A stretch of 64,000 nt of DNA from an uncultured Chloroflexia bacterium (GCA_963728205.1 CAVSIV010000006.1:1536001-1600000), one strand, 5' to 3'; counted from the stretch's first letter, positions 50,369-61,690 are shown. Program-made: numbers and translations. The notes: a model not told the origin generated them from the sequence alone.

Positions 50369-51019
50369 CTACGCGGTGTAGCGGTGGTTGCGGTCGGCGG
50401 TGCGCTTGAGGTGGTAGGTCATGCTCTGCAGGAAGAGGATCGGGTTGATGTGCTTCAACTCGATGCCCTCGGGGACGACCACGCGCGTCGGCGCGTAGTT
50501 CAGGATGGCCCGCACGCCGCTCGCGACCACCGCGTCGATCACCTGCTGCGCCGACTCCGACGGCACCGCGACGATCGCGATGTCGACGGGGCGGTGCTGC
50601 AGGTCCGGCTCGAGCAGCTTGTAGTCGCGCACGGGAATGCCGTCGACGTCGGTGCCGATGATGCTGGGGTCGGCGTCGTAGAGCGCCACGATGTCGAAGC
50701 CCTGGCCCTCGAATCCGGGGTAGGACGCGATCGCGCGTCCCAGGCGGCCGATGCCCACCACCACCACGCTCCAGCGGGCGTCGAGCCCGAGGATGACGCG
50801 CAGCTCCTCGGTGAGGCGCTGGACGGAGTATCCGCGACCCTGCTTGCCGAATCGGCCGAAGTAGGAGAGATCCTTGCGGATCTGCGCCGGTGTGACGCCC
50901 AGCTCGTCGCCGAGCTCCTGGGAGGAGACGACCGCGCGGCCCTCGTAGGCAAGGCGAGCGAGCAGACGGTAGTAGACCGGCAAGCGGTCGATCACGACCT
51001 CGGGGATTTCCAGTGGCAC
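50369..51019 (-). CDS. rex: Redox-sensing transcriptional repressor Rex
   Basis: RLPVYYR, SSQELG, QIRKDLSYFGRFGKQGRGY, VGIGRLGRA, ILNYAP. Confidence 0.96.
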   Translation of the reverse strand: MPLEIPEVVIDRLPVYYRLLARLAYEGRAVVSSQELGDELGVTPAQIRKDLSYFGRFGKQGRGYSVQRLTEELRVILGLDARWSVVVVGIGRLGRAIASYPGFEGQGFDIVALYDADPSIIGTDVDGIPVRDYKLLEPDLQHRPVDIAIVAVPSESAQQVIDAVVASGVRAILNYAPTRVVVPEGIELKHINPILFLQSMTYHLKRTADRNHRYTA

Positions 51020-51126
51020 GGGCGATCCTCAGGTTAGCGGCCAGTACTCCCGGCGACCCGGAGGGGGCGGGGACCGGATGAAGGCGGGAGGAATGTGCTC
51101 CATCGCATCATAACTGGCCCTCTCAT

Positions 51127-51144
51127 GTGTGCAATCCATCACGA
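51127..51144. promoter_or_regulatory. Possible Rex operator (autoregulation)
   Basis: GTGTGCAATCCATCACGA keeps the GTG-N8-CAC spacing; lies between divergent rex and the FGE-like gene. Confidence 0.45.
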
Positions 51145-51222
51145 GCATGACGTCGACGACATCGCGGCAGCGCCCACGCTACCCGGTCGAACCACGGCAC
51201 GGGAGGCGGGTAGGATGACCGC

Positions 51223-51960
51223 GTGACCGAGGATCCTCGCATCGCCCGCGTGCTCGCCGACGGCCCGCGCGCCACCACCTTCGTCGAGTTGCCAGGGGGC
51301 ACCTTCACGATGGGATCGTTGCTGCGCGCGGACGAGCAGCCGATCCGCCGGGTGACCGTCGGCGCGTTCGCGGTCTCGCTCACGCCGGTGAGCAACGCCG
51401 AGTGGGCGCGGTTCGTGACCGCGACCGGTCGGGATCCGCTCCCGTTCGCGGCCGACGAGCGCTTCAACCGCCCGGAGTGCCCGGTCGTCGGCGTGAACTG
51501 GTTCGACGCGGTCGACTACTGCGCGTGGCTCGGTGAGCAGCTCGGGCGGACCTGCCGGCTCCCGACCGAAGCGGAGCGCGAGTACGCGGCGCGGGGCGGG
51601 ATTCCGGGCGTGCTGTTCCCCTGGGGCGACGAGCCCTGGGACGAGGGGGTGTACGCCTTCGGCGCCGCCGGCATGGACCGCCCGCAGCCAATCGGCTCGT
51701 CGCCGGCCAACGGCTTCGGCCTGTATCACATGGGCGACAACGTCCACGAGTGGTGCAGCGACTGGTATCGCCCGGACGCCTACGCGGACGCGCCCGCGCG
51801 CGACCCGCAGGGGACGCCCGACGGCGAGCGGCGTGCCTCTCGTGGCGGCTCGTGGCGGCATCGCATCAAGGTGTCGCGCATCGCGGCGCGGTCGTCGCTC
51901 GACCCGGGGCGGCGCTATAACGACTACGGCATGCGCGTCTACGCGGACGCGCTCGCGTAG
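51223..51960 (+). CDS. FGE-sulfatase (SUMF1/EgtB-like) domain protein
   Basis: GGTFTMGS, PVVGVNWFDA, RLPTEAEREYAARGG, NGFGLYHMGDNVHEWCSDWY, RGGSW. Confidence 0.92.
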   Translation: MTEDPRIARVLADGPRATTFVELPGGTFTMGSLLRADEQPIRRVTVGAFAVSLTPVSNAEWARFVTATGRDPLPFAADERFNRPECPVVGVNWFDAVDYCAWLGEQLGRTCRLPTEAEREYAARGGIPGVLFPWGDEPWDEGVYAFGAAGMDRPQPIGSSPANGFGLYHMGDNVHEWCSDWYRPDAYADAPARDPQGTPDGERRASRGGSWRHRIKVSRIAARSSLDPGRRYNDYGMRVYADALA

Positions 51961-51968
51961 CGGGCGGG

Positions 51969-52469
51969 CTAGCGCGTCCGCGTCCCACTCTTCGCGCGTC
52001 GCCGGCGCCCCCGCGGCGCGGGCCCCCGCGGCGCGGGGGGCGGATCCGGGGGCGGACTGGCGACCGGCCTCCGCGGGCCGATGCGGCGCGGCAGCAGCAT
52101 CCGCAGCGCGAACGACCCCCCGATGAAGCCGAGTGCGGCGCCGCCCATGTCGATCAGCCAGTCGCTGAACGACGGGTCGCGTCCGACGAAGCCCTGCAGG
52201 AACTCGGTGCCGCCCGCGAGAATCCAGAAGCCGAAGAAGACCATCGCCAGCGTGCTGCGCGGGTAGCGCCGGGCGCGCGGGCTCACGACGTAGCGCAGCG
52301 CGGAAGCGACTCCCAGCGCGCAGAACAACCCGAGGTGACCGTAGTCGGGATTGAGGCCGAACGTCGTCGCGGTCGGGCTGCCCGGCGGACTCAGCGTCCC
52401 CACCAGGATCGCAGCGACGATCACCAGCGACAGCGCGTCTGCGACGCGACGAAGGCGACGAGGAGGCAT
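51969..52469 (-). CDS. VanZ-like membrane protein
   Basis: DYGHLGLFCALG, TEFLQGFVGRDPSFSDWLID. Confidence 0.75.
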   Translation of the reverse strand: MPPRRLRRVADALSLVIVAAILVGTLSPPGSPTATTFGLNPDYGHLGLFCALGVASALRYVVSPRARRYPRSTLAMVFFGFWILAGGTEFLQGFVGRDPSFSDWLIDMGGAALGFIGGSFALRMLLPRRIGPRRPVASPPPDPPPAPRGPAPRGRRRRAKSGTRTR

Positions 52470-52538
52470 CGGCGGAGCCTAGGTGGTCGGCTGCTTAGAA
52501 TGAACGACTCCTTCTCACGGTATCGCACGGGAGCGACC

Positions 52539-53982
52539 ATGCAGTCGTGGCAGCCGGTGGTGGAGACCTGGCGCGGCGGAATCTCCCGCGGAGGTCGCGT
52601 CGCGTCTGCGCGGCCGGCCCGGCCTCGCCTGGCTCGACTCGTCGCTCGAGTGGCCGCGCCTCGGGCGCTGGTCGGTGGTGGCGAGCGACCCCCGCTGGAC
52701 CCTGACCGCGACGCAGGCGGAGGTGACGCGAGCGGACGGCGACGGCGCGCCGCGGCCGGTCGCGGGCGCCGCGTTGACGGCGCTCACGCGCGCGATCGCG
52801 GCGGAGCCCCCGGCCGCGGGGGCGGCGGAGCTGCCGTTCGTCGGCGGGGCCATCGGCTATCTCGGCTTCGAGCTCGCGCGCGAGGTGGAGCGACTCCCGG
52901 CGACGACGGCCGACGACGTCGGCGCCCCGTCGCTCGTCTTCCGCTGGTACGACGCGGCGCTCGTGTGGGATCACGCGGCGGATCGGGGCTGGCTCGCCGG
53001 CCGGCGAGCCGGCGTGGACGCGATGCGCGCGCGGCTCGAGTGCGCGCAGCCGCCGGCGCGGGCCGTGCCGGCCGATCCCGCGGGCGGCACGCCGCGGCTG
53101 GCAGCGAACATGTCGCGCGATCGCTACCTCGCGTCGGTGGAGCGCGCCCGCGCGTACATCGCGGCCGGCGACATCTACCAGGTGAACTTCGCGCAGCGCT
53201 TCTCGGTGCCGACGTCGCTTGCGGGCTTCGACCTGTACGCGCGGCTGCGCGCCGTGAGCCCCGCACCGTTCGCGGCATACCTGGACGCGCGTGGGCCGGC
53301 CGGCCGCGGCGTCGAGGTGCTGTCCTCCTCGCCGGAGCGCTTCCTGCTCGCCGACGGTGCGCACCTCGAGACGCGGCCGATCAAGGGCACGCGTCCGCGC
53401 GGCCGCACACCCGACGTCGACGCCGCGCTCGCCGCCGACCTGCGCGCCAGCGCGAAGGATCGGGCCGAGCACGTGATGATCGTGGATCTCGAGCGGAACG
53501 ACCTCGGGCGCGTCGCCGCGACCGGGTCGGTTGCCGTCCCGGAACTGGCCGCGCTGGAGTCGTTCGCGCAGGTGCACCACCTCACGTCGACGGTGGTCGC
53601 GCGGCGCCGGCCCGGCGTCGACCTCGAGGCGCTGCTGCGCGCGACCTTCCCCGGCGGGTCCATCTCGGGCGCGCCGAAGATCCGGGCGCTCGAGATCATC
53701 GACGAGCTGGAGCCGACCGCGCGCGGCGTTTACACCGGAGCGATCGGCTACGTGTCGGCGCACGGCCGGGTCGACCTGAACATCGCGATCCGGACGATCA
53801 CGCTGGCGGACGGCGTCGCGCACCTGCACGTGGGCGGCGCGATCGTCCACGACTCGCGGCCGGAGGACGAGTACGCGGAGACGCTGGCGAAAGCGCGCGG
53901 CATGGCGCGGGCGCTCGGCGCCGCGCTGCCGGACGAGGCGCCGGCCGAGCAGCCGGCCGCGCCGGCCGGGGCGGCGCCATGA
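52539..53982 (+). CDS. pabB: Aminodeoxychorismate synthase component I (probable 1-bp frameshift near 52580)
   Basis: AWLDSS, FVGGAIGYLGFE, AGDIYQVNF, SSSPERF, TRPIKGT, AEHVMIVDLERNDL, FPGGSISGAPK. Confidence 0.9.
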
Positions 53983-54854
53983 GCCCCGCCGCGCCGGGCG
54001 AGCCGCTCGCGTGGGTGAGCGGGGCGCTCGTGCCGCGCGCCGAGGCGCGCGTGTCCGTGGACGACTTCGCCGTGCGCTACGGCGTTGCGGCCTTCGAGAC
54101 GATGCGCGCGGCGCACGGCCGCCTGTTCCGGCTCGACGCGCACCTCGCGCGGCTGTGCGCCGGCCTTGGCGCGATGCGGGTCGCGGTGCCCGCCGAGCCC
54201 GCCCTGCGCGAGGCCGTGGCGGCGGTGCTGGAAGCGAACGCGCTGCGCGAGGCGCAGGTGCGCCTCACGGTGACCGGCGGGAGCGGCCGCGCGCCCGTCC
54301 TCGGCGCCGCGGCGTCGCCCGTCGTGATCGCCACCGCGGAGCCCACGCCGGACGCGCCGCCGCCGCCGGCGCGGCTGCACGTCGCCTCCGTGCGCCTCGA
54401 TGCGGCGCGACCGCTCGCCGGTGCGAAGGTCGCGCAGTTCCTCCCCTACCTGCTGGCGCGCGCCGAGGCGCGCGATGCCGGCGCGGACGACGCGCTCCTG
54501 CTCAACCACGCCGGCGCCGTCGCCGAGGCCGCGACGTCGAACGTCTTCGCGGTCGTCGACGGCCGCGTCGTCACGCCGCCGCCGGCCGACGGCCCGCTCC
54601 CCGGCGTCACGCGCGGGGCGGTGCTGGAGGTCGCGGCCGCGCTCGGCGAGCCCGCCGCCGAGCACTCGCTGGCGCTCGACGACCTGGCGCGGGCGGACGA
54701 GCTCTTCCTGACGTCGAGCATCGTCGGGGTGCGCGCCGTCGTGACCCTCCACGGCGACGGCGTCGCGTGGACGCGCGAGGTTGTCCCCGGGCCGGTCACG
54801 ACGCGCCTCGCCGAGGCGTACGAGGCGCTCGTGCAGCGGGAGACTGCCGTCTGA
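53979..54854 (+). CDS. Class IV aminotransferase / aminodeoxychorismate lyase
   Basis: YGVAAFETMR, HLARL, EAATSNVF, LPGVTR, DELFLTSS; coupled to pabB, so probably pabC. Confidence 0.88.
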   Translation: MSPAAPGEPLAWVSGALVPRAEARVSVDDFAVRYGVAAFETMRAAHGRLFRLDAHLARLCAGLGAMRVAVPAEPALREAVAAVLEANALREAQVRLTVTGGSGRAPVLGAAASPVVIATAEPTPDAPPPPARLHVASVRLDAARPLAGAKVAQFLPYLLARAEARDAGADDALLLNHAGAVAEAATSNVFAVVDGRVVTPPPADGPLPGVTRGAVLEVAAALGEPAAEHSLALDDLARADELFLTSSIVGVRAVVTLHGDGVAWTREVVPGPVTTRLAEAYEALVQRETAV

Positions 54855-54953
54855 TCGCGCGCGTGTTGTCACGCCGCCCGGCGCGGGTGTAGAAGCATCG
54901 CGCAACGGGCGACGCGCCCGCAGAAGCATCGCGCCACGCGCGGGGGGTGCCGC

Positions 54954-55754
54954 ATGCCGCTGATGGACCTCGGTGACGTCCAGATCCACTACGAGGAGCG
55001 AGGCTCCGGGTCGCCCGCCTTCGTGTTCTGCCACGGCCTCGGCGGCAGCGGCGAGGGCTTCGAGCGCGACGACATGGACTGGTACGCGCAGCGCTTCCGC
55101 ACGATCTCGTGGGACAACCGCGGGCTCGGCCGCTCGGGGCAGGCCGCGAAGTACTCGCTGCCGCTCTACGCGGGCGACCTCGACCGGCTGCTCGACCGCC
55201 TCGGCGTCGCGCGCGCCGTGCTGCTGGGCGTCTCGTGGGGCGGCGTCGTGGTGCAGCGCTTCGCGCTCGACTACCCGGAGCGCTGCGCGGCGATCGTGCT
55301 CGACTCCACGTCGAGCGAGGTGAACGTGCTGGCGAGCGAGAACTGGTACCTGCGCGGCGAGGTCGCGAAGCGCGGCGCCGACGCGATCGCCGGGCGCGAC
55401 GTGAAGCCGGCGTTCGAGGGGCACGCGACGGTCGAACAGACCGCCGCCGGCAGCGGCGTGAAGCCCGAGCACGTCGACTCCTACGTGGCGGAGTCGCGCG
55501 CCACCGCGGGGCTGCGCGAGCACCCGCTGACGCCGTATTTGAAGCACATCGTGTGCCCGGCGCTGGTGGTCGGCGGGGGCAAGGACACGGTCGCCGGCGC
55601 CGGCGGGTCGGTGATCATCTCCCGCAACATTCCAGGTTCGCGCCTGGAGATCCTCGAGCACGCGGGCCACGGCGTGTACCGGCAGGCGCCGGACGAGTTC
55701 CGGGCGTTGCTGCTCGAGTTCCTCGGCCAGCACGGGCTTAGTCCCGCGACATAA
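54954..55754 (+). CDS. Alpha/beta hydrolase
   Basis: HGLGG, DNRGLGRS, GVSWGG, GKD, AGH. Confidence 0.92.
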   Translation: MPLMDLGDVQIHYEERGSGSPAFVFCHGLGGSGEGFERDDMDWYAQRFRTISWDNRGLGRSGQAAKYSLPLYAGDLDRLLDRLGVARAVLLGVSWGGVVVQRFALDYPERCAAIVLDSTSSEVNVLASENWYLRGEVAKRGADAIAGRDVKPAFEGHATVEQTAAGSGVKPEHVDSYVAESRATAGLREHPLTPYLKHIVCPALVVGGGKDTVAGAGGSVIISRNIPGSRLEILEHAGHGVYRQAPDEFRALLLEFLGQHGLSPAT

Positions 55755-55909
55755 CCGCACGCACCGGAGGCCCGGTCCCGGCTTCACACCGACATAACGG
55801 TGGCGTGGCACGCTCGTCCGTGGGAATATCAGCGTTCGCGGGCGAGGCCGCCCGCCCAGCCGTCCGCGCGCGCTCCCCGGCCCGCGCACGAGTCGATGGA
55901 CACACCGAG

Positions 55910-56992
55910 ATGGTCGACGAGAGCCACCGAACCACCAGCGACCTGAACGTCGGCGCGACGCTGGCGCTCGTCTCGCCGGATGAGCTTGCGCGGCGCGTCC
56001 CGCTCAGCGAGCGCGCGCGCGAGACGGTCGTTCGCGGCCGCCGCGAGGTGCAGGCGGTGCTGCGCGGCGACGACCCGCGGCTGCTCGTCATCACCGGGCC
56101 GTGCTCGATCCACGACGTGGAGGCGGGCGTCGAGTACGCGCGCCGGCTGGCCGCGCTGGCCGAGCGCGTGGCCGACCGCGTGCTGCTCGTGATGCGCGTG
56201 TACTTCGAGAAGCCGCGCACGGTCCTCGGCTGGAAGGGCATGATCTACGACCCGCACCTCGACGGCACGTTCGCCATTGAGGAGGGGCTCCACCTCGCGC
56301 GGCGGCTGCTCGTCGAGGTGAACGACATGGGCATCCCCGCGGCGACCGAGTTCCTCGATCCGATCGTCCCGCAGTACCTGGCCGACCTCGTCGCGTGGGC
56401 GGCGGTGGGCGCGCGCACCACCGAGAGCCAGACGCACCGCCAGATGGCGAGCGGGCTGAGCATGCCGGTCGGCTTCAAGAACACGACCGCCGGCAGCGTG
56501 AAGATCGCAGCCGACGCCATCCTCGCCTCGCGCGCTGCGCAGGCGTTCCTGGGGATCGACCACCAGGGGCGCACGGCGGTCGTGCAGACGAAGGGCAACG
56601 AGTACGCGCACCTCGTCCTGCGCGGCGGCGACGACGGCCCGAACTACGACGCGCGCGCCGTGGCGGCGGCGCAGGAGACGCTGCGGGCCGCCGGCCTCGC
56701 GCCGCGGCTGCTCGTCGACTGCTCGCACATGAACGCCGCGAAGGACCACACGCGCGAGGGCGGCGTGTTCGAGGACGTGCTCGCGCAGCGGCTCGCCGGC
56801 AACGACGGCATCGCCGGCGTGATGCTGGAGAGCCACCTCTTTCCGGGGGCGCAGAAGCTCGGCGACGACCCGTCGACGCTGCAGTACGGCGTTTCGATCA
56901 CCGACGCCTGCATCGGCTGGGACGAGACCGAGGCGCTGATCACCGGCGCGCACGACCGGCTGGCCGCCGGCAGCACCGTCTCCGCACGATAG
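55910..56992 (+). CDS. aroF: DAHP synthase (class I-alpha)
   Basis: GPCSIHD, RVYFEKPRT, GARTTESQTHR, GFKN, LRGG, DCSH, YGVSITDAC. Confidence 0.94.
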   Translation: MVDESHRTTSDLNVGATLALVSPDELARRVPLSERARETVVRGRREVQAVLRGDDPRLLVITGPCSIHDVEAGVEYARRLAALAERVADRVLLVMRVYFEKPRTVLGWKGMIYDPHLDGTFAIEEGLHLARRLLVEVNDMGIPAATEFLDPIVPQYLADLVAWAAVGARTTESQTHRQMASGLSMPVGFKNTTAGSVKIAADAILASRAAQAFLGIDHQGRTAVVQTKGNEYAHLVLRGGDDGPNYDARAVAAAQETLRAAGLAPRLLVDCSHMNAAKDHTREGGVFEDVLAQRLAGNDGIAGVMLESHLFPGAQKLGDDPSTLQYGVSITDACIGWDETEALITGAHDRLAAGSTVSAR

Positions 56993-57149
56993 CCCGCCGA
57001 CGACGCGCGCGGCGTCGAGAACGCCACCGGACGATAGCGGCCGACGGCGCGCACGAGCGCGCGCCGCGGAACGCGTTTCCAGCGATGCGGGCTGACGCCG
57101 CCACGTTCGCCGTCGGTGCGTGGTCAGCCTGCGTCAATCGGCGTGTCGG

Positions 57150-57857
57150 TCAGCGACGCGCCCTGCTCCGGGCCCCGGCCAACAGCAGCACCGTGAGCGC
57201 GGCGAGCGCGAGCTCGACCGTCGGCGCGGCACCGTGCGGAGCCGCGTTGCCGAGCATGCCGGTGGGGGCGGGCGTGGGTGCCGACGGGTTCGGGGTCGCG
57301 GTGCCGGCCGGCGTCGTCGAGAGCAGCGAGAAGCCCGTCGGCGTGAAGCCGTAGATGCGCGTCTCGTCCCGGGTCGGGCAGCAGAGCGGGTCGCCCGGAC
57401 CCTGCGTCGTCATGTCGATGTGGACCTGGTGGTCGACGATCGTGATCGCGTTCAGCGTGATGCGGTCGCCCAGCTGCGTCCCCGCGCCCACGACCGGCGC
57501 GCCGTTCTCCAGCGTCACGAGGTGGAGCGTGTAGAACGTCCCGCTGCCGCCGCCGCTCGTGGCGAGGACGACGGCAGCGAAGTCCGGCGCGATCGCGGCG
57601 TCGACGAACTGGACCTGCACGAGCGACGCAGAGCCGGGTGCCGCCGGCTCGCTGTACGCCCCGCCGCTGAGCGGCGCCGTGCGTGCGGCCGTGAAGCTCG
57701 ATGGATAGGTGGCGTTCTTCAGCTGGTCGAGTGTCAGCGGCTGCGCCTGTGCGCGCGCCGTGCCGGCGGTGCCGAGGCCGAGCGCGAGCGCGAGGGCCGC
57801 GACGACCAGCGTCGCGATGCCGGCGTGTCGCCACGCCGGGATGATGCTACGAGACAT
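57150..57857 (-). CDS. Secreted protein with C-terminal sorting-like anchor
   Basis: Signal peptide ending ARA/AQA; SGGGSGTFY, DPLCCPT; P/T-rich linker, PAPTG, TM helix, RSRARR tail. Confidence 0.75.
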   Translation of the reverse strand: MSRSIIPAWRHAGIATLVVAALALALGLGTAGTARAQAQPLTLDQLKNATYPSSFTAARTAPLSGGAYSEPAAPGSASLVQVQFVDAAIAPDFAAVVLATSGGGSGTFYTLHLVTLENGAPVVGAGTQLGDRITLNAITIVDHQVHIDMTTQGPGDPLCCPTRDETRIYGFTPTGFSLLSTTPAGTATPNPSAPTPAPTGMLGNAAPHGAAPTVELALAALTVLLLAGARSRARR

Positions 57858-57905
57858 GGGATGGGCTCCTGCCGAGAGCTGCGGGGCGCGGGTGGCGGCG
57901 TCTCG

Positions 57906-58867
57906 TCAGGGCTGGATGACGGGCAATTCGAGCTCCGCCGGCATGCGGAACTCGACGGTCTCGTTCGCCACGATCACCGGCTCCACGCGCGTCACGCCGC
58001 GCGCGCGCAGATCCTCGATGATCGGATCGAGCAGCGCGTCGGGCACCGATGCGCCGGCCGTCAGGCCGACCACGTCCGCGCCCTCGTACCAGGCCGGGTC
58101 GATCTCCTCGATGCCGTCCACGCGGTACGCCGGCGTGCCGGCTCCGGCCGCCACTTCGCGCAGACGCACGCTGTTCGAGGAGTTCGCGGAGCCGACCACG
58201 ATCACGACGTCGGCGCGGCGCGCGAGCTCGCGCACCGCCGTCTGCCGGTTCGTCGTCGCGTAGCAGATGTCGTTGCGGATCTGCGCGCCCGGATAGCGGG
58301 CGCGGATGGCGTCGATCGTCTCGGCCGTGTCGTCGACCGAGAGCGTGGTCTGCGTCACGACGAAGACGGGGCGCGGGTCGCGTCCGCGTCCGCGTTCGCG
58401 TTCGCGTCCGCGAGGTTCCGCACGTCGTCCACGGTGTCGACCACGCGCGTGCGATCCGCGGCCTCGCCCTTCGTGCCCATCACCTCGTCGTGCCCCTCGT
58501 GGCCCACGAGCAGAATGTCGAAGCCGTCCTTCGCCGCCTTGCGCGTCTCGAGGTGGACCTTCGTGACCAGCGGGCAGGTGGCGTCGATCACGCGCAGCTG
58601 CTTGGCGCGCGCGGCGGCGACCACCTGCGGCGAGACGCCGTGCGCCGAGAAGACGATGCGCGCGCCCTCGGGCACCTCGTCGATCGAGTTCACGAAGACG
58701 GCGCCGCGGCGGCGGAAGGAGTCGACGACGTAGCGGTTGTGGACGATCTCGTGGAACGCGTAGACCGGCGCGGGCTCGCGATCGAGCACGGCGTCGAGGA
58801 CGTCGATCGCGCGGACGACGCCGGCGCAGAAGCCACGGGGTTCGGCGAGCAGGAGGGTGTGCGGCAT
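57906..58867 (-). CDS. ispH: 4-hydroxy-3-methylbut-2-enyl diphosphate reductase (frameshift near 58370)
   Basis: PRGFCAGV, EIVHN, SAHG, DATCPLVTKVH; then TQTTLS, DICYATTNRQ, NSSNS, TAGASVP. Confidence 0.95.
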
Positions 58868-58946
58868 GACAGATCCAGTGTAGGCATCGCGGCCGCGAGC
58901 GCACCCCGCCCGCGGCCGCGCCACCCTGCTCCCGTGTTCCCGCGGA

Positions 58947-61301
58947 TCAGCGCACGCGCATCGAGCGCAGGCGCAGGCTGTTGGTCATCACCGAGACGCT
59001 GCTCATCGCCATCGCCGCCGCGGCGATGATCGGGTTGAGGAAGCCCTGCTCGCCGAAGACCGGGTGCAGGAGCTGCGGCACCTCGGTGTTCAGGATGCCG
59101 TGGAAGAGGAGGTAGCCGACACCGGCCGCGACGGGGATCAGGACGACGTTGTAACCGAACGCCCAGCCGAGGTTCTCCCACATCACGCGCATCGTCTGGC
59201 GGCTGATCGCAATGGCCGTCGCCACGCCCTCGAGGTCCGGCCGCATCAGCGTCACCGGCGCGGTCTCCATCGCCACGTCGGTGCCGGTGCCGATGGCGAT
59301 GCCGACGTCCGCTGCCGCGAGCGCCGGTGCGTCGTTGATGCCGTCGCCGACCATCGCCACGACGTGGCCCTGCTCCTGCAGCTCGCGCACGACGCGCGCC
59401 TTGTCTTCCGGTCGCACCTGCGCGACGACGCGCTCGATCCCGACCTGCGCGGCCACCGCGCGGGCCGGCGCCTCCTGGTCGCCGGTCAGCATGACGATTT
59501 CGACGCCGAGCGCCCGCAGCCGCCGTACGCCCTCCGCCGAGCGCTCGCGCACGCGGTCGGCGAGCGCGATCACGCCCGCCGGCAGGCCGTCGACCGCGAC
59601 GCGGATCGGCGTCTCGCCGCGCTGCGACGCCTGGTCGACGAGGAAGTCCATGCGCAGCGCGCCGCGCGTCGCGGCGGCGACGTCGCGCCCCGCGAGCAGC
59701 TCCGCGTTGCCGGCAAGCACCGCGCGGCCCGCGATCGTCGCCACGACGCCCTGGCCGGCGACCGCCTCGAAGGTGTCGGGCCACTCCAGCGGCAGCCCGC
59801 GCCGCTCCGCCTCGCGCACGAGCGCCGCGGCGTACGGGTGCTCGGAGCCGCGCTCGGCGGAGGCGACGAGCCACACGAGCGTGTCGGCGTCGACCGGCGC
59901 GTCCGGCGCGAGCTCGACGCCGGTGACCTCCGGCTGGCCCTCCGTGATCGTGCCGGTCTTGTCGAGGACGACCGTGTCAATGTGCCGCGCCCGCTGCAGC
60001 GCCTCCGCGTGGCGGAAGAGCACGCCGTGCTGGGCGCCCCGCCCCGTGCCCACCATGATCGCGGTGGGCGTCGCCAGGCCGAGCGCGCAGGGGCACGCGA
60101 TGATCAGCACGGCGACCGCGTTGATGATGGCGATCGTCAGCGCCGGCGACGGCCCGAACACGAGCCATGCCACGAACGTGAGCGTCGCGACCACGAACAC
60201 CGCCGGCACGAAGACGCTCGCGATGCGGTCGGCCAGACCCTGGATCGGCGCCTTCGAGGTCTGCGCCTCCTCGACGAGCTTGATGATGCGGGCGAGTGCG
60301 GAATCGGCGCCGACCGCGGTGGCGCGCACGCGCAGCAGGCCCGTCGTGTTCATCGTCGCGCCGAAGACGCCGTCGCCCGGCTGCTTCGTCACCGGCACCG
60401 ACTCGCCCGTCAGCATCGACTCGTCGACGGCCGACGCGCCGTCGACGACCTCGCCGTCGACGGGGATCTGCTCGCTCGGGCGGACGATCACGACGTCGCC
60501 CGGCTGGACGGCCTTCACCGGGATCTCGAACTCTTCGCCGTTCTCGAGCACGCGCGCGGTGAGCGGCCGCAGCGCGATCAGGCTGCGCACCGCCGCCGAG
60601 GTCTGTCCCTTCGCGCGCGCCTCGAGCAGCCGGCCGAAGAGGATGAGCCCGACGATCGCCGACGAGGTGTCGTAGAAGAGCGCCGGCTCGATGCCGGACA
60701 CGCCGTGGAACACCTGCGGCGCGAAGGTCGCGACGACCGAGTAGCCGAACGCGGCCGACGTGCCGACGGCGACGAGCGTGTTCATGTCGGTGGAGCCGTG
60801 CCGGCCGATGCGCCAGGCGCCGACGTAGAACTGCTTGCCGGCCCACAGCTGGACGGGCAGGGCGAGCAGAAAGAAGAACGGGTGCAGCACCCGTTCCGGC
60901 ACGGCGTCGCCGAGCCCGGGGAAGATCCAGGTGAGCGGCATCCACGCGATGAGCAGGCCGGCGATAGAGAGCGCGAAGATCGTGCGGCGCTTGAGATCGC
61001 GGTACTCGGTGCGGCGCGCCTCCTCGAGGCGGTCGCGCGTGTCCTCCTCGGCCTCGTCGGGGAGCCAGAGCTCGTACCCGGCGCGGGTGACGGCGGCCTT
61101 GAAGGCGGCGACGTCCTGCGGGCCGCCGGTGACGGTCGCCTCGTCGGTGGCGAGGTTCACGGTCGCCCGCGCCACGCCCTCGACGCCGGCGAGCGCTTTC
61201 TCGACGCGTCGCACGCACGACGCGCAGTGCATGCCGCGCACGACGAAGCGCTGGGTTGGCTCGCCGACGGCCGGGGTGGGTGTGGTGGCTTCGGTGGTCA
61301 T
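58947..61301 (-). CDS. copA: Cu(I)-translocating P1B-type ATPase
   Basis: [36 protein letters not shown] and MAMSS. Confidence 0.95.
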   Translation of the reverse strand: MTTEATTPTPAVGEPTQRFVVRGMHCASCVRRVEKALAGVEGVARATVNLATDEATVTGGPQDVAAFKAAVTRAGYELWLPDEAEEDTRDRLEEARRTEYRDLKRRTIFALSIAGLLIAWMPLTWIFPGLGDAVPERVLHPFFFLLALPVQLWAGKQFYVGAWRIGRHGSTDMNTLVAVGTSAAFGYSVVATFAPQVFHGVSGIEPALFYDTSSAIVGLILFGRLLEARAKGQTSAAVRSLIALRPLTARVLENGEEFEIPVKAVQPGDVVIVRPSEQIPVDGEVVDGASAVDESMLTGESVPVTKQPGDGVFGATMNTTGLLRVRATAVGADSALARIIKLVEEAQTSKAPIQGLADRIASVFVPAVFVVATLTFVAWLVFGPSPALTIAIINAVAVLIIACPCALGLATPTAIMVGTGRGAQHGVLFRHAEALQRARHIDTVVLDKTGTITEGQPEVTGVELAPDAPVDADTLVWLVASAERGSEHPYAAALVREAERRGLPLEWPDTFEAVAGQGVVATIAGRAVLAGNAELLAGRDVAAATRGALRMDFLVDQASQRGETPIRVAVDGLPAGVIALADRVRERSAEGVRRLRALGVEIVMLTGDQEAPARAVAAQVGIERVVAQVRPEDKARVVRELQEQGHVVAMVGDGINDAPALAAADVGIAIGTGTDVAMETAPVTLMRPDLEGVATAIAISRQTMRVMWENLGWAFGYNVVLIPVAAGVGYLLFHGILNTEVPQLLHPVFGEQGFLNPIIAAAAMAMSSVSVMTNSLRLRSMRVR

Positions 61302-61399
61302 TGTCGAACTCCGAGTCGTGTGTGCGGGGGGCTCGCCGGGGAGAGGGCTGGGTGAGGGGCGCCCCTCAGCCCGCTGACGCGGGGCCGTTCGCCGGCGGA

Positions 61400-61666
61400 T
61401 CAGCGGTTGGCGAGTGCATAGAGCTCCAGCAGCTCGTCGAGGACGGGCTCGGAGCGGCCCGCCTCGATGGCGTCGACGACGCAGTGGCGCAGGTGGCCGT
61501 CGAGCATCTTCGACTCCGCCTTCTCGATGGCCCGGCGGACGGCGTACGTCTGCTTGAGCACATCCACGCAGTAGGTGTCCTGCTCGATCATGCGGCGGAT
61601 GCCGGCGATGTGCCCCTCGACGTAGGCGAGGCGCTTGAGCACGTCGGCGCGGGTGTTGGCGTCCAT
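61400..61666 (-). CDS. csoR: CsoR-family copper-sensing repressor
   Basis: [22 protein letters not shown]. Confidence 0.93.
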   Translation of the reverse strand: MDANTRADVLKRLAYVEGHIAGIRRMIEQDTYCVDVLKQTYAVRRAIEKAESKMLDGHLRHCVVDAIEAGRSEPVLDELLELYALANR

Positions 61667-61690
61667 GCGGGCCTCCCGGCTCCTGGCTGG

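Noticed and set aside
55760-55909. Attenuator or leader peptide upstream of the DAHP synthase
   Set aside because: No short ORF rich in Phe/Tyr/Trp codons and no terminator with a U-tract found.
61338-61359. GGGAGAGGGCTGGG(G)TGAGGG-type palindromic repeat
   Set aside because: Only one half-copy, with no partner arm or second copy seen in the window.
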